Assembly: GCA_963821525.1 (NCBI GenBank)
Contig: CAWGED010000008.1
Span: 160,001-224,000, forward strand
DNA: 64,000 bases
Direction: 5' to 3'
From: an uncultured Gemmatimonadales bacterium
Lineage (GTDB): Bacteria; Gemmatimonadota; Gemmatimonadetes; Gemmatimonadales; GWC2-71-9
Position numbers and translations under genes: made by a program. A model generated the notes under the pieces. That model was not told the origin of the DNA and made no database searches. It was given only the letters and a program-made list of their open reading frames with translations. This document shows, piece after piece, positions 42,855-51,839 of the stretch (the stretch's first letter is position 1; every line of letters starts with the position of its first letter).

Positions 42855-43643
42855 ATGGCCCCAGACAACCCCCGCACCGGCCCTGACTTGCTGTTGCGCG
42901 ACAAGATCGTCGTCGTGACCGGGGCCTCGAGCGGGATCGGAAGGGCAATCGCGCTGGCCTGTGCCGCGGCTGGCGCCAATATCGCGACGACCTACCGCGC
43001 CAACCGGGATGGAGCCGACAAGGTCGTCGCGGAGATTAAAGCGTTGGGGCGGGAGTGCATCACGCTACAGGTGGACGTCACCGATGATGAAGACCTGGCG
43101 GAACTGGTGGGCGCGGTTCGAGACCGTTTCGGCCGGGTTGATGTCTGGATCAATAACGCCGGTGCCGACATTCTGACCGGCCAGGCAGCGGACCAGGATC
43201 GGTTCGAGAAGCTCGACGCGCTCCTGGAAGTTGACCTGAGAGGAACGATCGCCGCTTCATGGGTCGCGGCGGAGCTGATGCGAGGGCAGCCCGAGGGCGG
43301 CACCATCATCAACATGTCCTGGGATGGGGCGGTTCGCGGCCTAGGTGGAGAGAATCCCGAGCTCTTCTCTGCCGCCAAGGGAGGAGTGCTCAGCTTCAGC
43401 CGCTCGCTGGCAAAGTCACTGGCCCCCAAGATCCGGGTCAACATTCTCGGGCCGGGCTGGATCGAGACGGCGTTCGGCGAGATCGCACCGAGCGGATTCA
43501 AGGAAAAGGTGCGCCAAGCCATTCCGTTGGGACGCTGGGGGCGGCCGGAAGATGTGGCAGGTGCGGCGGTCTACCTCGCCTCAGACCTGGCTAACTACGT
43601 AACCGGGCAGCTGATCATGGTGAATGGAGGGGATGTGATGTGA
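42855..43643 (+). CDS. Short-chain dehydrogenase/reductase, atypical (FxxxK)
   Basis: TGASSGIG, NNAG, INMSWD, ELFSAAKGG, PLGRWGRPEDVA. Confidence 0.9.
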   Translation: MAPDNPRTGPDLLLRDKIVVVTGASSGIGRAIALACAAAGANIATTYRANRDGADKVVAEIKALGRECITLQVDVTDDEDLAELVGAVRDRFGRVDVWINNAGADILTGQAADQDRFEKLDALLEVDLRGTIAASWVAAELMRGQPEGGTIINMSWDGAVRGLGGENPELFSAAKGGVLSFSRSLAKSLAPKIRVNILGPGWIETAFGEIAPSGFKEKVRQAIPLGRWGRPEDVAGAAVYLASDLANYVTGQLIMVNGGDVM

Positions 43644-43787
43644 GACGGACGGGCGGGAGGGCGGGAGGGCGGTAAGGCGGACGGGGCGGACAAGACGGAC
43701 AGGGCGGACAGGGCGGACAGGGCGGGCAGAGAAACGGGAGGACAGGCGACAAGAGCTGACAGCTAACAGCTAACGGCTGATGGCTGA
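43644..43787. repeat. Tandem 8/9-mer (GGCGGACAG) and heptamer (AGCTRAC) repeats
   Basis: gggcggacagggcggacagggcggg; agctgacagctaacagctaacggctga. Confidence 0.8.
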
Positions 43788-43802
43788 ATACAAGGAGACA
43801 CC

Positions 43803-44161
43803 ATGGCGACGAAAGAACGCACTTACAACGACGCGAGATAGCGGAGAAGCTGAAGGATCTTCCCGGCTGGTATCTGGAAGAGGGCTGGATCCGGCGGCAG
43901 TACAAGACCGATGGCTGGCTTACCACGCTGGCGTTGGTCAACACGATTGGGTTTCTCGCCGAGGCGGCGTATCACCATCCGGATCTCACCGTGACGTGGG
44001 CCAAGGTGTGGGTGAAGCTGCAGAACCATGCGGCCGGGGGCATCACCGACAAGGATTTCGAGCTGGCGCGAAAGATCGAAGACGTGGTGTTGTGGAAGCC
44101 GACTGGTGGCGCGCTCGAGGGGACCCCAAACAAGTGGGTACGGGCGGGGGATCCCAAATAG
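43803..44161 (+). CDS. Pterin-4a-carbinolamine dehydratase (5' frameshift ~43833)
   Basis: LPGWYLEEGWIRR, AEAAYHHPDL, HAAGGITDKDFELA; AGGAG RBS. Confidence 0.88.
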
Positions 44162-44243
44162 GCGGACAGGACGGACTCGGCGGAACAGGGCGGTCAACTC
44201 CAACGCCACGTCCGCCCTGACCGCCCCGACCGCCATCCGTCGC

Positions 44244-45660
44244 ATGCCTGGCAACCATCGCAAGATCCTCTTCGTCACCGGCAAGCTCGCCGAACCAGCC
44301 CTCCGGCGAGTGCTGGAGGAGATGCAGCCCGAGTTCGCCTGGCAGGTGGCTGTCCTCCGGATCACCGTCGCCGCACTCATGACCACCGCCTGGATCGCCC
44401 GATTCCTCTCCGTGCCGGAGGGGACAGAGCTGGTGCTGATCCCGGGACTCTGTGAGGGCGACACCGCACTCATCAGCGATAAGGTTGGAGTGGAAGTCGA
44501 GAAGGGACCCAAAGACCTGCGCGAAATTCCCCAGTACTTCGGCCGGGCCGCGCTCGCGGTGGAATACGGCAGTTACGACATCGAAATCCTGGCAGAGATC
44601 AACAACGCTCCGCGCCTGAGCCGTGAGGCTCTATTCAAGGAAGCCGACTACTACCACCGCTCAGGGGCGGACGTCATCGACATCGGCTGTACTCCGGGAC
44701 TTGCATTCCCGTCTCTTGAACAGGTAGTGCGGGATCTCAGATCCGCGGGCCGGCGGGTAAGCATCGATTCCTTCGACGCCGACGAAATTCGGAGGGCAGT
44801 AGGCGCCGGCGCCGAGCTGGTGCTGAGTGTCAACGGGTCCAACCGGGAAGAAGTAGTGAACGACCTGCGCGGAACCGGCGCCAAGGTCGTCGCGATTCCC
44901 GACTTCGGAGCTGGATTGGAGACCCTCGAGCCGACACTCAACGCGCTGGAAAAGGCGGGTGTCTCCTTTCTCATCGATCCGGTCATCGAACCGATCGGGT
45001 TCAGCTTCATGGCCTCGCTCGAACGCTATGCCGAGATTCACCGCCGGTATCCCGAAGTCCCCCAGATGATGGGGATCGGCAATCTGACCGAGCTGACCAG
45101 CGCCGATACGACAGGGGTGAACGCGGTCCTCATCGCGATCTGTCAGGAGGTAGGTGTCAAGGCGATTCTCACCACCGAGGTAATACCGTGGGCCCGGGGA
45201 GTGGTGCGAGAGATCGACGTGGCCCGCCGGCTCATGTACCACGCGGTCACCCGGAAGACTCTTCCTAAAGGCGTGGACGACAGGCTCCTGACGGTGAAGG
45301 ATCCGAAGATCCTCACCTACGATGAAGCCGAGCTGCGCCAGCTGCAGTCGCAGGTGACCGACCCCAACTTCCGCATCTTCGCCGACCGGGAGACCATCAC
45401 CGTCTTCAACGACGAGTTGTTCATCCGCGGCACCGACATCCAGGAGATCTTCGATCAACTCGGCGTCGAGGATGCCAGTCACGCGTTCTACCTCGGCAAG
45501 GAGCTGATGAAGGCGAAGCTCGCCATCACCCTGGGGAAGACATACCGGCAGGAGGGACAGCTCGAGTGGGGTTATCTCACGCCGCCGGATGAGCCGAAGC
45601 GGGAGCATGTGAAGATCGCGAAGAGAGGCGGGAAAGGCGGGAAGGGACGGCGAGGCATGA
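44244..45660 (+). CDS. Dihydropteroate-synthase-like protein of H4MPT clusters (Orf20-like, DUF6513)
   Basis: LFVTGKLAE, VAALMT, GPKDLR, GADVIDIGC, DPVIEPIGF, GNLTELT, HAFYLGKEL..A. Confidence 0.88.
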
Positions 45661-47093
45661 CGCTGCCATTGGTCGAAGAGCTGGTGCCCTGCCCCGATCC
45701 GGTCGCAACCTGCGCCCGGCTGCTGGGTCAGCCCCACCTGCTTTTCCTCGACAGCGCAGCCGACCCGGAACGCCTGGGGCGGCATTCCTACCTCACCGCC
45801 GCACCGGCGATGATGCTGCGAGGCAAGGGTCGCGGGCCGGGCCCGAATGCACTGGAGCAGGCGCGCGCGCTGCTGGCTCAGCATCAGGCGGAACCGGTCC
45901 CCGAGCTTCCGCCCTTTCAGGGTGGGCTGGCGGGCTACATCGGCTACGACTTCGGCGCGGTGCTGGAACGGCTCCCCGCTCCACGGTTCGACGACCTTGC
46001 CCTGCCCGATGCGGCACTTGGTCTCTACGACTGGGTCATCGCGTGGGATCACCGGCAGGGACGGGCGTGGATCGTCTCGACCGGCATGCCCGGAGAAGGT
46101 GCAGCACGCCCGCGACGCGCGGCGGAACGGCTCGCCTGGGTGAAGCGCCAACTCGCGGGACCGGCAGCGGGAGCCGGAGGCAGAGCCCTCCACTCCCACC
46201 GCATCGCTGCTCCCGCGCCCTCCTATCCGGTCGCCGGATTCGAGCATGCCGAACAGATCGGACTCCGCTCCTCCTTCACTCACCGCGGGTATCTCGACGC
46301 GGTGAGCAGAGTTCGGGACTACATCATCGCGGGCGACATCTTCCAGGCGAACCTTTCGCAGCGCCTCGAGGTGCCGCTCGAAGAAGACCCCTGGCACCTC
46401 TACCGACGACTTCGGGAAGTGAACCCCGCTCCCTTCGCCGCGTATCTGGAATTCGACGGTGTCGCGGTGGCCAGCGCGTCACCCGAGAGATTTCTCCGAT
46501 TGGATGAGGCCGGACAAGTGGAGACGCGTCCGATCAAGGGCACTCGGCCGAGGGGTCTCTCGCCGCTGCACGACGCCGCCCTGTCCCAATCGCTCGCCGA
46601 CAGCGAAAAGGACAGGGCGGAAAACCTGATGATCGTGGACCTGCTGCGGAACGACCTCTCGCGAACCTGCCTGCCGGGTTCGGTCCGGGTTCCCGAGCTG
46701 TTCGCGCTGGAGCACTATCCCACGGTGCACCATCTGGTCTCGACCGTTACCGGCCAGATGCGGCCGGGCACCGGTGCCACCGACCTCCTCACAGCGGCAT
46801 TTCCGGGCGGGTCCATCACCGGAGCGCCCAAGGTGCGGGCGATGGAGATCATTGCCGAATTGGAGCCGTCTCGCCGAGGCGTCTACTGCGGCTCTATCGG
46901 ATACATGAGCATCACAGGCGCCATGGATACCAGCATCGTGATCCGGACGCTGGTGGCGCTGGGCGGCCGAGCCTATTTCTCGGTCGGCGGAGGGATCGTG
47001 GCCGATTCCGACCCGGAGCAGGAATACCGGGAAACGCTCGACAAGGGACGTGCCCTGGTGAACGCGCTCGCCGGCGGAGTCACCACCCCATGA
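45657..47093 (+). CDS. pabB: Aminodeoxychorismate synthase component I
   Basis: PPFQGG..GY..YD, GDIFQANLS, SASPERF, RPIKGT, KDRAENLMIVDL, PGGSITGAPK. Confidence 0.92.
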   Translation: MTLPLVEELVPCPDPVATCARLLGQPHLLFLDSAADPERLGRHSYLTAAPAMMLRGKGRGPGPNALEQARALLAQHQAEPVPELPPFQGGLAGYIGYDFGAVLERLPAPRFDDLALPDAALGLYDWVIAWDHRQGRAWIVSTGMPGEGAARPRRAAERLAWVKRQLAGPAAGAGGRALHSHRIAAPAPSYPVAGFEHAEQIGLRSSFTHRGYLDAVSRVRDYIIAGDIFQANLSQRLEVPLEEDPWHLYRRLREVNPAPFAAYLEFDGVAVASASPERFLRLDEAGQVETRPIKGTRPRGLSPLHDAALSQSLADSEKDRAENLMIVDLLRNDLSRTCLPGSVRVPELFALEHYPTVHHLVSTVTGQMRPGTGATDLLTAAFPGGSITGAPKVRAMEIIAELEPSRRGVYCGSIGYMSITGAMDTSIVIRTLVALGGRAYFSVGGGIVADSDPEQEYRETLDKGRALVNALAGGVTTP

Positions 47094-47758
47094 TCCTGCT
47101 GATCGACAACTACGACAGCTTCGTGTACAACCTGGCTCGCTATGTGGCGGAGTTGGGCCAGGAGCCGGTCGTCCGCCGGAACGATTCGATCACCCTCGAT
47201 GAGATTCCCGCCCTGCAGCCGAGCCACATCATCATCAGCCCGGGGCCCTGCTCACCTGTTGAAGCAGGAATCTCCACCGAGCTGATCCAGCGGTTCGGCG
47301 GCTCGATTCCGATCCTCGGCGTGTGCCTCGGCCACCAGTGCATCGGTGCGGCCTACGGCGGAGAGATTGTACGCGCCAAACGGCCAATGCACGGCAAGAC
47401 CTCTCGAATCCATCACCAGGGTGAAGGGATTTTCGCCGGCCTGCCGAGCCCATTCCTCGCGACCCGTTATCACTCCCTGGTGATCGCTCCAGAATCGGTG
47501 CCTCCGGAGCTTCGGGTCATGGCGACAGCGGAAGACGGGGAGATCATGGCCGTCGCCCATGCCACTCACCCTGTTGTCGGTGTACAGTTCCATCCCGAGT
47601 CGGTACTCACCGAACACGGGTACCGCATGCTGGATCAGTTCCTGACCGGGGGCCGGGGAGTGAATGTGCCGGAACGGGCCGACCGGGCGTCCGTGCCCAA
47701 GGCAGCAGTGCCGGCAGATCTGGCCAGCGCACCTCCGCCCGCCGATCTGGTTCGATAG
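47090..47758 (+). CDS. pabA: Aminodeoxychorismate/anthranilate synthase glutaminase component II
   Basis: IDNYDSF, SPGPC, GVCLGHQ, RYHSL, QFHPES. Confidence 0.93.
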   Translation: MILLIDNYDSFVYNLARYVAELGQEPVVRRNDSITLDEIPALQPSHIIISPGPCSPVEAGISTELIQRFGGSIPILGVCLGHQCIGAAYGGEIVRAKRPMHGKTSRIHHQGEGIFAGLPSPFLATRYHSLVIAPESVPPELRVMATAEDGEIMAVAHATHPVVGVQFHPESVLTEHGYRMLDQFLTGGRGVNVPERADRASVPKAAVPADLASAPPPADLVR

Positions 47759-47783
47759 TCCTTCCCTCAAGGAGTTGCAACGC

Positions 47784-49635
47784 ATGTCGAAGTGTTTTGC
47801 CCTGGTCGCGGCGGTCTGCTGCGCCCAACTGCCACTCGCCGCTCAAACCCCCGATACCCTGCGGTACCAGCTCACCTCGGTGATGGTGCCGATGCGGGAC
47901 GGGGTGCGTCTCAATACCCACATCTACGCTCCCCAGGGTCAGAAGGACCCGCTGCCCTTCGTGATGGTGCGAACGCCCTATGGAATCGAAGCCGATTCAA
48001 TGGCGCTCAAGGGCCCGTACAAGACCATGGCGGATCAGGGCTACATCTTCGTGTCTCAGGACATACGAGGCCGCTACGCTTCGGAAGGCCAATTCCTGAT
48101 GAACCGGCCCTTGCACGACCCGGCCGATTCCACGGGAGTGGATGAGAGTACCGATACCTACGACACCGTCGACTGGCTATTGAAGAATGTGCCCGAACAA
48201 CAGCGGAGCCGTAGGAGTACTGGGAATCTCCTACCCCGGTTGGCTGGCCGCGATGGCAGGGATCAATCCCCATCCTGCCGTGAAGGCGGTCTCGCCTCAG
48301 GCACCGATGACCGACACCTGGATGGGAGACGATTTCTTTCACCAGGGCGCGTTCCGCCAGTCGTACGGTTTCGAGTACGCTGCAGATCTGGAGCTTTCGA
48401 AGGATGAGTCGGTTCCACTCCCGATCGACCGCTACGACACCTACGACTTCTATCTCGCTCACAGCCCACTCTCAAAGCTGACCGACCTGCTTGCAGGGAA
48501 AGTCCAGACCTGGACCAACTTCGTCGCCCATCCCAACTACGACGCCTTCTGGAAGGCGCGTTCGCTGCCAACCTATTTGACCCGGCTGAGCGTACCTACA
48601 CTCACGGTCGGCGGGTGGTGGGACCAGGAAGACTTCTACGGCGCGATCAAGACCTACGCCACGCTCGAGCCGCTCGACAGCGCTGGCAGAAACTCCGTCG
48701 TGCTCGGGCCCTGGAATCACGGCAGCTGGAGCCGCGGCAAGGGAGACAAGCTGGGCAACATCTCGTTCGGGAGTAACACGAGCGAGTTCTACCGGGACTC
48801 GGTACAGGCGCCCTGGTTCGCCTACTGGCTCAAGGGCAAAGGCCAAGGCCGTTTCCCCGAGGCGCTGGTGTTCGAGTCGGGATCCAACAAGTGGAGAACC
48901 TTCGATACCTGGCCGCCCAAGTCGCAGACGCTGGAGAAGCGCCTCTACTTCCGGGAGAACGGTCTGCTGTCATTCGCGCCGCCGCCCCTCCCCGACGGCA
49001 AGCAGCCAGCCTCGAGCCTGATGGACAGCTATGTCTCCGACCCGGCTCATCCGGTGCCGTATCGGCGGCGGCCAGTTCAGCAGACCTACGATCAACGGGG
49101 CTCAAATTGGCGGGTGTGGCTCACAGAGGACCAGCGCTTCGTGCAGGGCCGGCCCGACGTGCTCACCTGGCAGACTCCGCCGCTGACCGAGGATGTAGCC
49201 ATCGCCGGAAACATCACCGGGGACCTGTTCGCTTCAACAACGGGGAGTGATGCGGACTGGGTGGTGAAGCTGATCGACGTTTATCCCGACAGCGTGCCCG
49301 ACGATTGGCCCATGGGGGGATATCAGTTCATGGTGGCGAGCGACATCCTCCGTGGCCGCTTCCGGCAGGGATTCGAGAAGCCGGTCGCTATCGCGCCGAA
49401 CAAGGTGGCGGAGTACACGGTGGATCTGCACCAGCAGAGCTATCGCTTCCTCAAGGGGCACCGCATCATGGTCCAGGTCCAGAGCACCTGGTTCCCGCTG
49501 TACGATCGGAATCCGCAGACCTTCGTACCCAACATCTTCCTGGCGAAGCCGGAGGATTTTAAGGCTCAGACGCACCGGATCTATCGGAGTGCGAAGTATT
49601 CGTCGAATGTGACCGTGTCGGTATTGAAGGAATAG
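47784..49635 (+). CDS. Secreted CocE/NonD (S15, alpha-amino acid ester hydrolase-like) hydrolase (frameshift ~48200)
   Basis: Signal peptide; PMRDGVRL, RTPY, QDIRGR..SEG, GISYPG, GPWNHG, QSTWFPLYDRNPQ. Confidence 0.9.
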
Positions 49636-49725
49636 GTGTCAGGTATCAGGTGTCAGGTGTCAGGGAACAGCGGTCAAATCCGACAACCCCGACCTCTGAC
49701 ACCTAACCCCTGACACCTGACCCCT
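49634..49725. repeat. Inverted heptamer element (AGGTGTC ... GACACCT)
   Basis: aggtgtcaggtatcaggtgtcaggtgtcaggg ... ctctgacacctaacccctgacacctgacccct. Confidence 0.88.
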
Positions 49726-50295
49726 ATGATCATCGAATCCATCCTCACAACCATGGACCCCTCGGGCGTCGTCAACTACGCGCCCATGGGTGTCGAGTGG
49801 GGGGAGGAGACGATCGTGATCAAGCCTTTCCTCGAGACCACAACCTTTCGGAACCTGAAGGCGACTGGCGTCGCCGTGGTGAATCTCACCGATGACGTCA
49901 TGCTCTTCGCCCGCGGGGCGACCGAAAACGTGACCTTGCCCTCGGGACCGGCGGCTGTAGTGAAGGGAGTAGTGATCGACGCCGCCTGCTCCTGGCGCGA
50001 GGTCGAGGTCGTCTCCATCGACGACACGCCTCCCCGCTCCCGAATCGTGACCCGGGTCGTCCACCAGGGATTCCGGCGGGAGTTCCTCGGCTTCAACCGG
50101 GCCCGCCATGCGGTGCTGGAGGCGGCCATTCTCGCCACCCGAACCCACCTGATTCCAGCGGAGGAAATTCGGCGCGAATACGAGCGGCTTCAGATCATCG
50201 TGGACAAGACCGCGGGTCCTCGCGAGCAAGAGGCGATGTCGTTCCTCAAGTCTGTCGTTGCCACCCGGCTCGGCGCCGTCGCATCAACCGGATGA
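49726..50295 (+). CDS. DUF447 family protein (H4MPT-cluster associated)
   Basis: IIESILTT, APMG, KPFLETTTFRNL, GFNRARHAVLEAAILATR. Confidence 0.88.
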   Translation: MIIESILTTMDPSGVVNYAPMGVEWGEETIVIKPFLETTTFRNLKATGVAVVNLTDDVMLFARGATENVTLPSGPAAVVKGVVIDAACSWREVEVVSIDDTPPRSRIVTRVVHQGFRREFLGFNRARHAVLEAAILATRTHLIPAEEIRREYERLQIIVDKTAGPREQEAMSFLKSVVATRLGAVASTG

Positions 50296-51281
50296 GTGCG
50301 CTCGAGCAGCTCCCAACCCGGATCACGGTCGAGGCCCCGGCGCGCCTCCACTTCGGAGTTCTGGATCTGCGGGGTCACCTGGGCCGCAGATTCGGGGGGA
50401 TCGGCGCCGCGATTCCGGTCCCTGCGGTGCGGCTCGAGGTAACTCGGAACGAGTCCATTACCGCCGAGGGGCCGGACGCTGGACGGGCGCTGGAGTTCGC
50501 CCGCCGCTTTCTCGCCAGCTACCGGCTCAAGGGCGGCGCGCACCTTTGCGTCGCGCAAACCATTCCGCCTCACGTCGGACTCGGCTCCGGCACTCAGCTC
50601 GCGTTGGCTGTGGGCCGCGCCCTCGCCGAGTTACACGGCATTCAGGTCGAACCACCGGCGCTGGCCCGTGCCGTAGGGAGAGGTGTCCGCTCGGCGATCG
50701 GCACCTGGGTCTTCGCGCTGGGTGGCTTCGTTCTCGAAGGAGGCCGGAGGCCGGGAAGTGACGGCGTCGCCCCACTCATCTCGAGGCTCCCGATGCCGTC
50801 CGCCTGGCAGGCGGTGATCGCGATCCCGCAAGGAACACCCGGTTTGAGCGGAGAGACCGAGGCGGAGGCCTTCGCGAAGTTGCCGCCCCCATCGGAGCAG
50901 GAGGTCGAGCGAGTGGCGCATCTGGTCCTGATGCAGCTGCTGCCGGCGCTCGCGGAAGCCGATCTGGCAGACTTCGGCGCCGCGCTTTCGGAGATCCAGC
51001 GGATCACCGGCGCCTGGTTCTCTGGAGCGCAGGGGGGAGCGTTTGCCGCGGGGGCGAGCGCGCAGCTGGTTCGGCTCCTGGCGGAATTCGGGGCCCAAGG
51101 TGTGGGGCAAAGCTCTTGGGGCCCAACGGTTTACGGACTTACGCCAGACACAGATTCGGCCCGCGATCTGGCCAGCCGGGTGCGGGCAAGACTAGGAGAT
51201 TCCGGGGTGGTTTATCAGACCGGATTCGCCCAGCGCGGTGCGCTGGTGCATACCGATTGGACAGCCGTGGGACGTGATTGA
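50292..51281 (+). CDS. mptG: Beta-ribofuranosylaminobenzene 5'-phosphate synthase (GHMP fold)
   Basis: APARLHFG, FGGIG, HVGLGSGTQL, RSAIG..F..GGF, GQSSWGPT. Confidence 0.93.
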   Translation: MSALEQLPTRITVEAPARLHFGVLDLRGHLGRRFGGIGAAIPVPAVRLEVTRNESITAEGPDAGRALEFARRFLASYRLKGGAHLCVAQTIPPHVGLGSGTQLALAVGRALAELHGIQVEPPALARAVGRGVRSAIGTWVFALGGFVLEGGRRPGSDGVAPLISRLPMPSAWQAVIAIPQGTPGLSGETEAEAFAKLPPPSEQEVERVAHLVLMQLLPALAEADLADFGAALSEIQRITGAWFSGAQGGAFAAGASAQLVRLLAEFGAQGVGQSSWGPTVYGLTPDTDSARDLASRVRARLGDSGVVYQTGFAQRGALVHTDWTAVGRD

Positions 51282-51306
51282 CAGGTTTTAAGACGGCTGA
51301 TAACAT
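51278..51306 (+). promoter_or_regulatory. sigma70-type promoter upstream of the xoxF leader
   Basis: TTGACA (51278-51283, overlapping the mptG stop) - 17 nt - TAACAT (51301-51306). Confidence 0.75.
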
Positions 51307-51839
51307 AGTGCCTCTCTGATCGGGCGGGTTCCTTGGCCGGGAACCTTCCCCGAGGCTGCGGGTATCGAAGTCGTGTACCCCAAGTCTCTACAGGGATCGC
51401 GGTAACCTCCCTGGCCTTGGTTTCACACCGACATTTTCTAGCCTATGTCTCGACTCCTTGGTTCAATGGGAGATCGAAGCCATTCAGCGGCGCTCTGAGG
51501 CACTTCATGGGCGTTGGGTCTGGTATCTGCAATCGCGATTATTCGAATCGCTCGGCCCGTCCACATCGGATGGGAATGAGCGACGCTAACTACGCCGGTC
51601 TCCCCAATAATTGCGGCGGGTATACGGGATGGTGGTGGGGGGCATCGGAGACAGACATCGCAACGGTCGTTCGGCCATAGCAAGACAGGTCGGACGGCCG
51701 TTGGTGTTTGTAGGGAAGTTGTTTCCTGGCACTGAGGACGGACGGAGCGGGTGCGCTCACGCCGGAGCGGACCACCGAAAGTCTTTGGTGCTGAAGTAGC
51801 GCAGCAGTAGGGCAGTCACCCTTCATCATGAGGTCTGTT
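51307..51839 (+). ncRNA. Candidate large structured leader RNA of xoxF (no family recognised)
   Basis: More than 10 hand-found helices, including an 8-bp long-range stem (51307-14/51497-504) and a 16-bp stem with three G-U pairs (51661-76/51688-703); no convincing long CDS. Confidence 0.5.

Noticed and set aside
44661..46397. Long antisense ORFs (also 51876..53126, 8952..10094, 22866..24005)
   Set aside because: Shadow ORFs opposite well-supported genes in high-GC DNA; no motifs
51333..51680. 115-aa ORF or pqqA in the xoxF leader
   Set aside because: TTG start without an RBS, atypical codon usage, no ExxxY PqqA motif
51307..51839. Known large RNAs (RNase P, tmRNA, cobalamin riboswitch, group II intron)
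   Set aside because: Signature motifs (GAGGAAAGUCC, tRNA-like CCA end, full B12 box, domain V) not found by eye; a cmscan is still needed
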